In this document: positions 39,550 to 50,705 of the stretch, in pieces
Position numbering within the stretch: position 1 is the first letter of the stretch
Layout of the letters: each line of letters opens with the position of its first letter
Assembly: GCA_963821525.1 (NCBI GenBank)
Contig: CAWGED010000005.1
Location: forward strand, 736,001-800,000
DNA: 64,000 bases
Source of the DNA: an uncultured Gemmatimonadales bacterium
GTDB lineage: Bacteria; Gemmatimonadota; Gemmatimonadetes; Gemmatimonadales; GWC2-71-9
Reading direction: 5' to 3'
Made by a program: the position numbers and the translations under genes
The notes under the pieces: generated by a model
Told to the model about the DNA's origin: nothing
What the model saw: only the letters and a program-made list of their open reading frames with translations
Database searches by the model: none

Positions 39550-40074
39550 CGCCTTAGCTGCCATGACGATCGTCTCCGTTCCGCTCACCCCATTCGCTGG
39601 ATCAGCATCGGGATGCTCATGCGCATCCTTGCCTTCGAGCGTGGCATAGTCCGCCGCCTGCTGCTCGTAGGTATCGATCGAGGGGCTGTCGCCGCGGGTG
39701 GGGCGCTGTCCAGGGGATTCCGGGCACCAGACCCTGATGGTGTACTTGCCGCCGGCGGTGCCGGTGCTCGCGTGCTCGGCGACCAGCATGCCGGGTCCTT
39801 CGAAGGCTGGTCCATCGGGCGACTTCACCTTACAGGTGACTTTTCCGGCAGCGACCGTGGCCGTGATCGATCGGCTCTGGGTGCCGTCGGCGGTCTTAAG
39901 CTCGGAGGAGTAGCTCACGGTCCCGCTGTAGTAGTGCGCGCAGTTCCAGTTCGAGAGGCTGTCGGTCTTGCACCCGGACCAGGGGCCGCTGGCCTGAGCT
40001 CGCAGGTGAGCCGGGCCTTGCGACAGTACGAGTGGAAGCAGGAATAGAGCGGCACGTCGGGGCAGCATCGCCAT
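39546..40074 (-). CDS. Secreted Cys-containing hypothetical protein
   Basis: GGAGG SD, signal MAMLPRRAALF..LRAQ, four Cys; probable end WQLRR* after a one-base shift. Confidence 0.65.
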
Positions 40075-40187
40075 GGGGCCTCCTGGCCTGGGGGAATCCC
40101 TACCGGCGATAAGCTGCGGCCTGCGGCGGCGGGAGACAAGCCGTGCACTCATGCTGCTGTGATTCAGCAGGCGTTTGGGCGAGTCGC

Positions 40188-40638
40188 CTACCCGATCGAA
40201 CAACGCCATCTCCTCGGGCGTCGGCACCTGAAAGATCGCGAACCACTTCGCGACGTCTTCCTGGGTTATTGGAGGGTTCTCCCGGTCGCGCTCTCTGATC
40301 CGCTGGTAGAGAGTATCGGCAGGTGCCGACACGTAGCGCAGTTCAACCGCCGCTCCCAGCTCGCGGGCTCGGAGACGTAACGCATCACGCTCGGCTCGTG
40401 CCCAGGTGCCCCATTCGATAATGACGACCATGCCGAGCGCGAGGAGGCGCTGTGCGAGGGTCCACTGCAATGTCTCGATGCGCTGGCGGCTCTCCTCATC
40501 GTAGAGATTGATACTCAACGCGTCCATCCAGTCGTCGGGCGACAGGCGAACGGCACTAAAGTCATGTTCCAGCGCCTGGGCGACCGTGGTCTTCCCGGAG
40601 CCAGGAAGGCCACATACGATGATCAGCCGAGCCTTCAC
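40188..40638 (-). CDS. AAA_33-type small P-loop kinase
   Basis: IVCGLPGSGKTT, DDW, IEWG.W.R.ER, FQVP..EE; removing one G from GATCGGGTAG gives a TAG stop at 40188-40190. Confidence 0.8.
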
Positions 40639-40644
40639 GGTGCC

Positions 40645-41679
40645 TTAGGGCTTCACCATGACCTTGATCGCTGCCCGCTCATTCATCGCCCGGTAGCCGT
40701 CGGGAACCTGGTCGAGGCCGATGACCCGGTCGAAGACCCGCCCGGGCGCGATTTTGCCCTCGAGGATGTCGGGGAGAAGTTCGTCGATATACGCGCGGAC
40801 TGGGGCAGGGCCGCCACTGATGGTGACGTTACTGAAGAATGCCGTCTCCCAGGCCGCGGTCGTCTCGTAGTGGGGAACGCCGACCCGGCCGACCGCACCA
40901 CCCGGGCGGACGATGCCGATCGCAGTACCCAGGGCCTGGTCGGTGCCGACGCATTCGAGAACGGAGTGGGCGCCGAGGTCGCCCGTCAGATCCCGCACGA
41001 GCTCCACTGCCTCGTCACCGCGCTCGCTCACGACGTCGGTCGCGCCGAACTCTTTCGCCAGCGCGATACGGTCAGGACGGCGGCCCAGGATAATGATTCT
41101 CTCGGCGCCGAGGCGCCGGGCGGCGATGACGCCGCACAAGCCCACGGCCCCGTCGCCGATGATGGCCACCGTCGAGCCGCGGGTAACCTTGGCGGAAACG
41201 GCCGCATGATGGCCGGTCCCCATCACATCCGACAGCGTAAGCAGGGAAGGTATCAACGCGTTATCCGCGGCGACCGGCAGAACGACAAGCGTTCCGTCCG
41301 CCTGGGGAACCCGCAGCGCTTCGGCCTGGGCTCCCCCGACCTCAGGGGTGCCGAAGAACCCTCCGTGGATGCACGAGGTATTCAGTCCCTCGTGGCAGAA
41401 GACGCAGGTTCCGTCCGAGTAGGCGAATGGCATCACCACCAGGTCACCCTTCTTCAGCGTGCGTACGTCGGCTCCGACGGCTTGCACGATGCCGATCGCC
41501 TCATGACCCATGGGTCTCGCGCCTTCGCCCGGCTCCATCAGGTTATAGGGCCACAGATCGCTGCCGCAGATGCAGGCGCTGCTGATGGTGATGAGGGCAT
41601 CGGTGGGTTCGACGATGCGGGGATCCGGTACGGTCTCGACACGCACGTCCCCGGCGCGGTACATGATGGTTGCTCGCAT
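40645..41679 (-). CDS. Zinc-dependent alcohol dehydrogenase family protein
   Basis: CICGSD, GHE, GDGAVG, AIKVMV. Confidence 0.93.
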   Translation of the reverse strand: MRATIMYRAGDVRVETVPDPRIVEPTDALITISSACICGSDLWPYNLMEPGEGARPMGHEAIGIVQAVGADVRTLKKGDLVVMPFAYSDGTCVFCHEGLNTSCIHGGFFGTPEVGGAQAEALRVPQADGTLVVLPVAADNALIPSLLTLSDVMGTGHHAAVSAKVTRGSTVAIIGDGAVGLCGVIAARRLGAERIIILGRRPDRIALAKEFGATDVVSERGDEAVELVRDLTGDLGAHSVLECVGTDQALGTAIGIVRPGGAVGRVGVPHYETTAAWETAFFSNVTISGGPAPVRAYIDELLPDILEGKIAPGRVFDRVIGLDQVPDGYRAMNERAAIKVMVKP

Positions 41680-41685
41680 CGCGAT

Positions 41686-41971
41686 CTACGCTCTCCAACT
41701 CCTCGGCGCGCATCGTGAATCCCTCGCGCAGCTTGATATAGTCCATCAATCGCCGCAACACTTCGGTCCGCTCCACAGTCGTTAGCGGTTCCCGCCGACC
41801 ATCGCTGTATTCCCAGGTGGCGTGGATGTGTGACAGGTGGCCGTTGGGGCCACCCCAGTAGGAGGCGAATAGCCATACCCGGCGATCGCCCTCGATGTAA
41901 TAGGCCGATTCACCGCGCCAGTCGAGCTCCACCGTGAAATCGTATTGAGGGGTTTCGGGCTTCCGGCTCAT
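41686..41971 (-). CDS. Small hypothetical protein; stop uncertain
   Basis: ATG overlaps the upstream TGA; MSRKPETPQYDF..WEYSDGRREPLTTVER. Confidence 0.6.
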
Positions 41972-42600
41972 TTCCACCCGCCCTTCCGTCCGCCCAGCAG
42001 CATTGCCGCCATCATGAGCCCATAACCCGCCGCCAGAATCGGAATCGGGGCGCCGCCGATCAGCAGGGCGTTCTCCCGGGCCGACTCGGTTCCCCTCTGC
42101 CACAGCGCACCGCTCACACCGATCATTCCCAACACCGCCAGGAGCGGCATCAGCAACGCACCTCGGGTCCTTCCGGTCCGAGTGGCCATCAGGCCGATCA
42201 GATACATCAGCGCCGCGCCATCGATGGTCCACGCCACAATCATCCAGCGGGTCAGGGGCGCGGCTGCGAAAGGTCGTGAGCGCCATGACTGCGGCTCCCA
42301 GGATCACCCAGATCAGCCAGGAGACCACGATGATCCCCGGCAGCTGACCTCGACCTACCTTATAACCCCAGCGCAACACCGCAGCCCCCAGCTGGCCGCT
42401 GGCGGTGGCGACGCCGACCGGCTGGCGAGCGAGCAGTAGCGCCGCAAGACCACACAATACAGCGACCACTCCGCTCCACACCGCCAGCCCCAGGGGCAGG
42501 CCCCAGCGCAGTGAGCACCAAACCGCGAATGCGGCCATCAGGGCCGTTACCGCGAAGCGACGAATCGTCGCGAACATCACGGGTGGGGGTGACTCATCAT
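41968..42600 (-). CDS. Hypothetical multi-pass membrane protein; frameshift near 42250
   Basis: TM-rich N part of ORF 41543..42646 joins ORF 41968..42243. Confidence 0.65.
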
Positions 42601-44441
42601 TGGGCGAACAGGCTGTCATACCGGCCAGTGGCGAGCGCCGCGTCAACCCGATGTCCGAGCGTGGCCACCAGTGTCGTGTCCGCGGGACTGCCCCGTTCGG
42701 TATCGATCATGACATAACCGAAGTCGGAGCTGAAGTCGACGTTGACCTTATTGCCTTCGATGATCACCGGGACCTTGTAGGCTCCGGAATCGGCTGGCTG
42801 CCGTTCGCCTTTGAATTCCTCGACCAGGAGGTCCACCAGGGCGTTGCGCAGTGCTTCGGAACCTTTCTCCAACCGGTAAGTCCGGTAGCCGTCGCTCTCG
42901 ACCGACAGCTCGCCCTTATAGGGTAGCGGCACGAAATGCCGGCGTTCGGCCAGGTGGTCTACCCCGTCAGCTCCCCGCGTCCACTCGAAATGGTGATCCA
43001 GCCAGGCGGGGTCGAGCGACTCCAGCTTGGCATAGCGCATTCGGGCCGGATCGATCGGCAAGGTGTAAGACCGATTCGCTACCGCATCGGTGACCAGCAG
43101 CATCGGCCTCGGCGGCTGCGAATCGCTCAACTGGACGTAGGTGACAAAGCTTCGCCCGTCGGGGGAGAGGCCCAGCGGCGGCACTGCGGGGATGTCATAG
43201 ACGGTGCTGTCCGCAATGACGTGTCGCACCGTCAGCTGACGAGTATCGACAACCCGTATCCGATCCGATAGAGTCCGGGGTTGGCGTAGCTGATCCGATC
43301 GATCCGGCCGTACACCGCTTTCCATGTGGCGGCGGCGCGGAACAGCGCGGTATCAGACGTCAGGACCTGGCCTTTCATCCTTCTGCTGGCCGACGACACG
43401 AAGTCGATGCGGACCTTGTCTCCCTCCTCGGCCACCAGGTAGCAGTAGCCCGTGCCGTCGGGCGGATCCACATGGATCAGGAAGGCCGGCCGAGGACCGG
43501 CCAGCAGGGCAACGTCGTCGATCCGATCGAAGTGTTCGGTCGCGTCTGCCTGTCGCGCTGGTCTTTCCCTCGATGACCAGCGGCTGCCCCCGATAGCGGA
43601 GGGCGAAACTGGCGCTGGCCGCGTTGACCGTCCGCCCCTCTTGCTGTTCCTGGCGGAACCAGCTCGCGGTCGTGACGACCTCGAATGGTCCCAGGCTCTC
43701 GGTGCGGGTCGGACTGCTCACCTTCTGCACCCGGTATCGAAAACTCACCAGGTCGGGCGGAACCTTGACCCCGGGGCGGAAGTTGGGCTCCCAGCCACTC
43801 CACTCCAGATTCTTCTTGCGCGGAAAGGCGGGGAGCAGCACCTGGAACCCCGGAGTGTCCTTCCCGCCGGTGTTCACCGTCAGCATGCGAGTGCCGCGGC
43901 TGGTGAAGACGCTGACGGCGCCGGGCACCACCCAGCGGCCCTCCACCTGGTGGGCATCCTCCATCCAGAGCGGCCCGTACTCCGAGGCTCTCACGGTATG
44001 GGAGAAGTAGGGAATCGAGTGGAGGCCAATGGAGGCCTCGTCCTTTCCTTCGGCCTTCGGCGCCTCCTTCTGTCCCTCCGGCCAGCGCACCTCGACCGCG
44101 AGCAGCAATGGCTCGCCGTCGATTTCCGGTGGCACATCGGCCAGCGCCCTGGTAAGGCCAAGACTCAACGCGCCAATCCCGATCACCAGGCCCAGGGAGA
44201 TGCCGAGCGCCCTGAGGAATCCGGGGTGCGCCCCGCCAGCTACCATGCGTGCGGTGATGAGACCGATGAGCACCCCAGCTCCGAAGCTGAGGATGGCGAT
44301 TGCTGCGACGAAATACCCCGACTCCCCCTCTCGGCCGGAGATGTGATACCAGTCCACCGCCATCGCCGCGATGACGCCGCCGACGAAGAGGGCGAGCAGG
44401 CCAGTCAGCAGCGCGCTGAAAATGGAGGCGGGCCAGGACAT
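42597..44441 (-). CDS. Large hypothetical protein with 3 N-terminal TM helices and an extracytoplasmic domain; several frameshifts
   Basis: Overlapping ORFs 43353..44441, 43232..43471 and 42597..43325 read as one protein. Confidence 0.65.
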
Positions 44442-44601
44442 AGGAGACCGGGGCGGAGGAAGGGGAAATGCCGCCCTATTTTACCTCGGCGGGATAATCT
44501 GAGGGAGGGCGACAGAGACCTGACTACAACCTTGATCCGCACCCAGAAGGGTTAAAATTGAGTGACGAACGTGCGTCACACTTAGATCTGTGGAGGAACC
44601 A

Positions 44602-44913
44602 ATGTATCTCGTCCGCGAAATCTTCAATTGCAAGCCGGGCAAGGTGCGCCCGATGGTGGATAAGTTCATCGCGATGGGAAAGCTGGGCGAAAAGGTTGGC
44701 ATGCCCCGCATGCGGGTCATGACCGATCTCTGTGCTGAGCACTACTGGACGGTCGTTGCGGAGATGGAGGTGCCGAGTCTCCAGGCCTTCGAGGACATGA
44801 TGAAAAATGCTCCGGGTTCCCCGGAGGTCATGAAGGAGATCGAGGAGCTCATGAAGGGCTATCACGATCTTGTTGATCACGGGAGGCGGGAGATCTACAA
44901 GATCGAGGGCTGA
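44602..44913 (+). CDS. Small NIPSNAP-like (dimeric alpha/beta barrel) protein
   Basis: GGAGG SD, MYLVREIF.CKPGK, GRREIY. Confidence 0.75.
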   Translation: MYLVREIFNCKPGKVRPMVDKFIAMGKLGEKVGMPRMRVMTDLCAEHYWTVVAEMEVPSLQAFEDMMKNAPGSPEVMKEIEELMKGYHDLVDHGRREIYKIEG

Positions 44914-44933
44914 CCGATAGAAAGGAAAGTAGA

Positions 44934-44965
44934 AACCGCCTGTCCGGTTGTCGGGACAGGCGGTT
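44934..44965. terminator. Hairpin between convergent genes
   Basis: AACCGCCTGTCC-N8-GGACAGGCGGTT, perfect 12-bp stem. Confidence 0.7.
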
Positions 44966-45030
44966 CAGGAGAGGGAACAGGGCGGGGGTCTGCCAAGGTT
45001 CTCGGCGCGCCTCACCTCACCCCCCCCGCC

Positions 45031-45789
45031 TCAGCAGAAGGTCGTCTGCTGGCAGTCCACCAACACCGCCGCGCCGCGAAGCCGGGGCGGGCCGAACGCC
45101 ATCGTGTTCGAGCCGGTCGCCGTGTTGCCGGGGAAGGATATCGGGGCGGACGCGGTGATGTTGAAGCCTGGCCCATGCAGCGACGCGGGGGTGCACTCGA
45201 TGATGCCGAGGCCCGCCGGCACGCTGTTCAGGCAACTGCCCCCGATGATGGTGTCGGCCTGGCCGATGCCCGTGAGCGCCGTCGCGGCCCAGCCGGCGTT
45301 GGGGCCATTCCAAATCGCGCCGAAGGAGGACCCGACGAATCCGGGTGTCGCCGAGACCAAGCCGAGGCCGTAGGCGATATCGCTCCCGGAGATGACCACG
45401 GCCCCCTCGAACGCCCCCTCGTTCGGGAGGACCTGCACCATTCCCAGCTCGACCCCGAAGGCCCAGCCGCTGCCCGCCAGGTTTGCCCCCGGCATCCGCG
45501 CCACGGCAGACTCGCCCCGGATGAAGTTGACCCCACTCACCGCGGTGACCGTTAGACCGCCCTCGATCATCCCGGCTGCGCTCCTGAGGATGAGGGTGCC
45601 CAATCCGTCTTCGGCGGCCTCCGCGTTCACCGCCGCGGCGTTGAGCGCCGTGGTCATCGCATTTCGCTCCGCCTGAGTCGGCTGAGCGCCAGCGCCAGGG
45701 CCATTGCCGCCGTCCCCGCTACTGCCACAGGCGGGGAGCAGGAGGCCAGCCACCACCATGCTGAAGAAGCTGCTGCGGAACCTGGACAT
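45031..45789 (-). CDS. Hypothetical lipoprotein, Gly/Ala-rich with several Cys
   Basis: GGAGG SD before ATG 45789, lipobox LPAC. Confidence 0.75.
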   Translation of the reverse strand: MSRFRSSFFSMVVAGLLLPACGSSGDGGNGPGAGAQPTQAERNAMTTALNAAAVNAEAAEDGLGTLILRSAAGMIEGGLTVTAVSGVNFIRGESAVARMPGANLAGSGWAFGVELGMVQVLPNEGAFEGAVVISGSDIAYGLGLVSATPGFVGSSFGAIWNGPNAGWAATALTGIGQADTIIGGSCLNSVPAGLGIIECTPASLHGPGFNITASAPISFPGNTATGSNTMAFGPPRLRGAAVLVDCQQTTFC

Positions 45790-45829
45790 GAATTGCCTCC
45801 GGGATGAGGTGACGTGTGAGCCTAGAGCA

Positions 45830-46008
45830 TCCTTCCCTGGGACACTGCCCCCGCCGCCGGTGACGGTCCAGTCGATGGTCTGATTCTGGATGTCAATCGC
45901 TTCGGTGAGTTCAACCTGGACCTGCACCATGCCGCCAGTGAGGCCCGCCTGCCTGTCCTTGCCTTGCACCACCGTAAGGGCCGCTCCGCCGACCCCAGAT
46001 ACCGCCAT
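45830..46008 (-). pseudogene. Remnant of an Ig-like domain
   Basis: LTVVQG.D.Q.G..G...WTVTGGGGSV resembles Big_1-type repeats; no proper start or end. Confidence 0.4.
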
Positions 46009-46146
46009 CCCTCGCTGTTGGTGCAGTCCACCACGCCACTGATGACGACGAGGGTCGTGATCGGTGTACTAGAGACGGGCGGAGTGCCCAAACATTCTCA
46101 CCCGGCCGGTCTCCCACTGCTTTGCCCCCCTCCGCGGGCTGGCGTG

Positions 46147-47663
46147 CTACTGCGCCTTCACCGTCGCCTTGGCTGCCTCCCGGCGCTGCGTTCTCCTCTT
46201 CGACGAGCCGGTAGGCGATGTAGTACTTGAAGATGTTGGAGACGTAGGTCACGGTCTCGCGCCCAATGCGCTCGGACGCGATCTGCTCCACGTTGCCGAA
46301 CCAGACGTTCGGGTTCAGTCCGCGCTTCTCGGCCTCCCTCCGCAACTGGCTGACCCGGCCCGGCCCCGCGTTGTACGACGCGAAGGTGAACAGCGCCTTG
46401 TTCAGGTCGTCCATCGGCTCGTTCTCGAAGTACGTGTCCCGCACGGTGCGCATGTATTTGACGCCGGCATGGATGTTCGGCTCGAGTTACGTGATGTCGC
46501 CGACTTTCAGTGACGCGCCGGTCTCCGGCATGATCTGCATGATGCCGATGGCTCCGACCGGGCTCCTGGCGTTCTGATTGAGCCGGGACTCCTGGTATGC
46601 CTGAGCGGCCATCAGCAGGTAATCCACGTTGTACTTGTCGCTGTACTTCCGAAACAGCTCCACGACCGCGAGGAACGTCTTGCGCCCTTTCGCAGACGTG
46701 GCGCTCTGCGCGTAGGTCGCGTCGACGAGGTATTTGCGCTGGACCTGGTTGCCAAAGGCCGATCCCAGCCCGTACTTCCCCATGAACGTGTTCAGAGCGG
46801 CGAGCAGCTGCGGGTTGTTCTTGCGGACCGCGATGCCGAGGCTACCGCCGGTCTGCAGCGCAACATTCTCGTGGACGAGGAGGTTGGGAAAGACCTTGCT
46901 CCAGAAGACTGCGAGGTAGTCGTCGACCACGATGGTCGGGATCAGGCCCGCGTTCACCATCTCGAGCAGGTCGTCGTCCTCCAGGTTCGCCGGGGCCTCC
47001 TCAATCAGCACCGGAGGTTTGCCCTCGGCTTTGAACCTCTCGTTGAGCGCCAGCAGGTTCTGGTAATAACCGCCTAGTTTGCGGGCGAAGACTTCCCTGC
47101 CTGCCAGGTCCTCGAGGGAGCCGATCGTCGGCGTCGCCGGGGGCGGTGACCAGGATCTGGTTGACGTTCATCCGGGTGGGGTCGCTGAAGGCGACGTACT
47201 GCTGCAGCTCAGGCGTGACCGGGACCTGCGCCGCAACCATGTCCACCTTGCCGTCGACGAGCGCCGGCAGCAGCATTTCGCGCGGCAGCGGGAAGAAGAT
47301 CACGGAGATCTTGTTGCCGGTGCCGGTCTTGAAGTGTGTGTTGAGCCGTTCCTCCATGAGCTGGCCGTACTCGTACGCGATGCCGCGTTGCTTGCCCCGG
47401 TCGATGAAATAGAACGTGCGATTGAACGTCACGCCGACCCGGACGGCCCGTCGCTTGACCAGCTCGTCGAGGTCGCCGGTAAACGGCGTCAGCACGGCCT
47501 CGCGCACCGAAAGCGGCAGCTGGGTTTCGAGCTCGGAGGGCGGCAGTGGAATCGGGACGTCCTCGATTGGCGGTTTCTGCGCCTGCTTGTCGCCACCGCA
47601 CGCGGTGAGTGCCACCAGGCCAACGAGCAGAACAGCGGTGAGATCGATCTTTACCTTCATCAT
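46147..47663 (-). CDS. MltF-like solute-binding domain plus SLT lytic transglycosylase lipoprotein; about 3 frameshifts
   Basis: Lipobox LTAC, FTGDLD, AYQES, GAIGIMQ, ASYNAGP, ETVTYV. Confidence 0.85.
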
Positions 47664-48032
47664 CCTCTCCTGCTCCATATCCTGGGCTACTTCGCCCGTC
47701 CCCGAAGATCGCGCGCATCATTCAGCAGGCCTGGGTGACAGTCGTCGTTCCCAAGCCTTGGTGACCCAGCAGGCCCTTCCCGTTCTGATATGTACCCGGC
47801 TCCCCAATAGGCGGGTGGAGCAGGAATGCCGCAAGGTGTGGCCGCTTGCCCTTTGGGGAATCCCGATCCGCATACCACTTGTGCCATCGCTTGTTGCGCC
47901 GCCGACAGATGGAGCTGATGGCGCCGCCGCTGGCCGTGTCGCGAGGGACTGCCAGGGCTCGAATCACGATCCATTGTTCGGGAAACGGGGGAACCTGCCC
48001 CACGAACCTGCCCACTGAATTGCTAAGTCCAA

Positions 48033-48103
48033 TTGGCCCCGGTGGATTCGAACCACCATTCTCGGATCCAAAGTCCGATGTCCTGCCGTTGGACGAGGGG
48101 CCA
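48033..48103 (-). tRNA. tRNA-Gln(TTG); CCA not encoded
   Basis: TGGCCCC/GGGGCCA acceptor stem, GTCC/GGAC D-stem, TCGGA-CTTTGGA-TCCGA anticodon arm, GGTGG-TTCGAAT-CCACC T arm. Confidence 0.97.
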
Positions 48104-48419
48104 GTGCGGCTGCGGGAAAAGTAGTGGGTGAGTGGAAAGTTGGGAGTGGGAAGGAAGCGACTCCCCTCGCCTTCTTGGGGCAGGCTACTCGCGTCCTCGG
48201 AACGACGACGGCGGCTCACTCCTAACCTCGACGACCGATGGCCGCCGTGCCCCTTATCAGTAGAGAAGGGGAGAGGGGTTAGGTAAACGAGCCGCTGGAG
48301 GACAACGACAGGGGATTAGTTTGTCGGCTTCCGCCCCTCCTTTCCGATTACTAGACACACAGATCCTACGGCACGCCAACCAAACCAGATGCATCTGCAT
48401 CGGTGTCAAGGAGTTAGTT

Positions 48420-50502
48420 ATGGACCAGTCGCTGGTAAATTCGGGCTTCGATATCGAGCTGCTGATCGGCGGGCGGTACATCGCCTACATGCTGCTCTCC
48501 TTCTCGGAAACAGGCTCCATGCCACTCAAGGTGCCGACGGACATAGGGCTGGTTGATGTCTTTCAGCCGGATGACGTCGACCGGCTGTACGAGCCTCATC
48601 CGGATGCGATTCCTCTCACCGCCTCCGCCGATTCCTTCAAGACTGAATTGATTTTTGGTCACCCGTCCGGGGCGAACGTCAGGGTCGACGTGGAAGTCTT
48701 CACCCGCAACGAGTTCATCTCGGCTTTCGCCAGCTTCGCGCTGATCCATGACACCGATTCACAAGGGAACCAGACCAATCATCGGCTCCGAATTGAAGTC
48801 CTAGCGATCGAGCTGACCCCGGGGCTCCTGGGCCTGCTCATCGCCTCCGGGTCGACCCTGGACAAGATGCTGGAACAGGTGAAGGACCAGGTGGATCGCG
48901 ACGTCCCGCTGCCCTTCATCGGCGCCGGCAGCGACGTGGCCTCGGTCGCGTTTCGCCAACTTCCGTCGCTCGATGGCGGTCCGGTCGCGATCGGCGTCTA
49001 CCTGAACCTCGGCTTCGCAACGGTGGCAACCTCACCGACTTCCTGCCTGATCGGGGAGACATCTTCGCCGGGAATGAACTTTCTCGAGGAAGGGCAGGAC
49101 GTCGCCTTCGCGGTGCGCGACGGGTTCTTCAAGGATCTATCGGCTCACCAGAAGTTCCTCTTCGCCGAGCCGAAGAACGATGGGAGTGGGGAGTTCCAGT
49201 TCCCGCTCCGCCGCGAGATGTTCGACCCGACGAGCGAGCAGATCGGCCAGCTGTTCAGCGTCACGATCGGCCCGGGCATCAACCCCCAGAATGGGCAGCT
49301 CACCGGCGAAATCAGCGTGAAGATCCGGGGCGAGTACTTCGTGGACAACTTCTTCGATCCGGATTTCACCTTCACCCTGACGCTGGTCCCCAACTTCGAT
49401 GACGGGGTCATCACCTGGTCGCACAAGACCGACCTGAGCTCCGACCTGGCGGCGATCCTGTCGTTCCTCGTGGCTGGGTTCGTCGGTCTGATCGGCTATG
49501 CCATCGCCTCGGACGTCGTCGCCGATGCACTGGTGGACGAGGACCAGCAGCAGCAGATGTCCCGGTTCCTCGAGTCGCTGCCGGTCCGGGTACTGACCGA
49601 GCTGGTCCGCTGGGACCCGTTTTACGTCACCAAACACCAGATCATGGCGCGGGTGGACGAATGGATCGTGAACGGTAAAGGCATCGCTTTCAGCGGACGC
49701 GCGGCACTGGGCAAGGCGACCGAACCGGTTGACCACGTGGTTCTCCGTACCGAAGTCCGCAACAGCCTCTTCGAGATTGAACGCTACGAGTACCGGGTGC
49801 GGGATCAGGTCAGAAATGTCATTCCGCGTGATCCATCCCAGGCTTTCTCCGCCACCGACCGGCTCAGCTGGGTCCAGAACGCGACCGACCCGGTTCTCTT
49901 TGGGCTGACCGACGACGAGATCGTGGCGCGTTTGGACGCGAAGAAGATCATCGGACGGCAGGACCTCCTGCCCAAGAAGGTCCACCTCGATGATCACAAG
50001 ATCTTCCGGATGCTCTGCATCACGCCCGCTCGAGGTGAAGGAGCAGATCCGGATCGTCGAAAACAAGTTCAAGAGTGAGACCCGGACCCAGATCTCCAAC
50101 GATCAGGGGGCTGCGCTGCGTGAGGAGGCCCGGGCCGAACTCGAGGCCGAGCTGGGCATGCCTCCCACCCAGCAGCAGATCAACGAGCGGTTCCAGCAGA
50201 AGCTCGACGCTCTGGTGAAGGAAGCCTTCGATGCGTACAAGGAGAGCGCTCAGTACGAGCAGGATGTTGAAGCGGCCGTGGACAGCATACTCCGCCTCGA
50301 CATGGCTCCAAACGAGTACGGGCTATTGCAGCGGCGGGGAATTCTCCAGGTCGTGGGCTTCGACCTGATCGAGCGGCACAATCGCAAGTTCCGCCCCGGG
50401 ACGACGATCCTCTATTACCGGGACCGTCCCGATTTCGATCCGAGAGATAACCTGCTGAACATGCTGAAGTACGCGGTGGATCACGCGGCGGCGCCGAACT
50501 AG
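48420..50502 (+). CDS. Large hypothetical protein (~690 aa) with an internal TM segment; frameshifts near 49010-49075 and 50030
   Basis: AAGGAG SD before ATG 48420; ORF 48321..50078 joins ORF 49990..50502. Confidence 0.75.
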
Positions 50503-50705
50503 GCGGTAAGGCGGTGTGGCGGTAGGCGGTATGGCGGTAGGGTGAGGCCTTGGAAACGACTGTATGATTCCGAGCGCAGCGAGGAATCCAGTGCGTCCGA
50601 TCTCGGCCGGGCGGCATCGGGATTCCGTCGCTTCGCTCGGAATGACAGCGCCCGCTCGTGTCTTCCATTTCCCCACACGCCTACCGCCCTACTCCCTACT
50701 CCCTC
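50501..50705. repeat. Composite element: GGCGGTA-type tandem arms flanking an ~90-bp palindrome
   Basis: ATTCCGAGCGCAGCGAGGAATC ... GATTCCGTCGCTTCGCTCGGAAT (about 50561-50648) inside ggcggta.. / ..taccgccctactccc arms. Confidence 0.8.

Noticed and set aside
39310..40638. Apparent 442-aa kinase/secreted-protein fusion
   Set aside because: Internal SD plus signal peptide at 40074 and a near-stop at 40188 indicate separate genes joined by indels
41543..42646. 367-aa ORF as a single gene
   Set aside because: Chimera of a frameshifted membrane protein and a downstream small gene
47865..47890. Sigma54 promoter (TGGCAC on minus) upstream of the MltF-like gene
   Set aside because: The -12 TTGC element is not at the required spacing
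11600..48103. Active prophage or ICE at tRNA-Gln
   Set aside because: No integrase, phage or conjugation genes, and no attL/attR duplication found by eye
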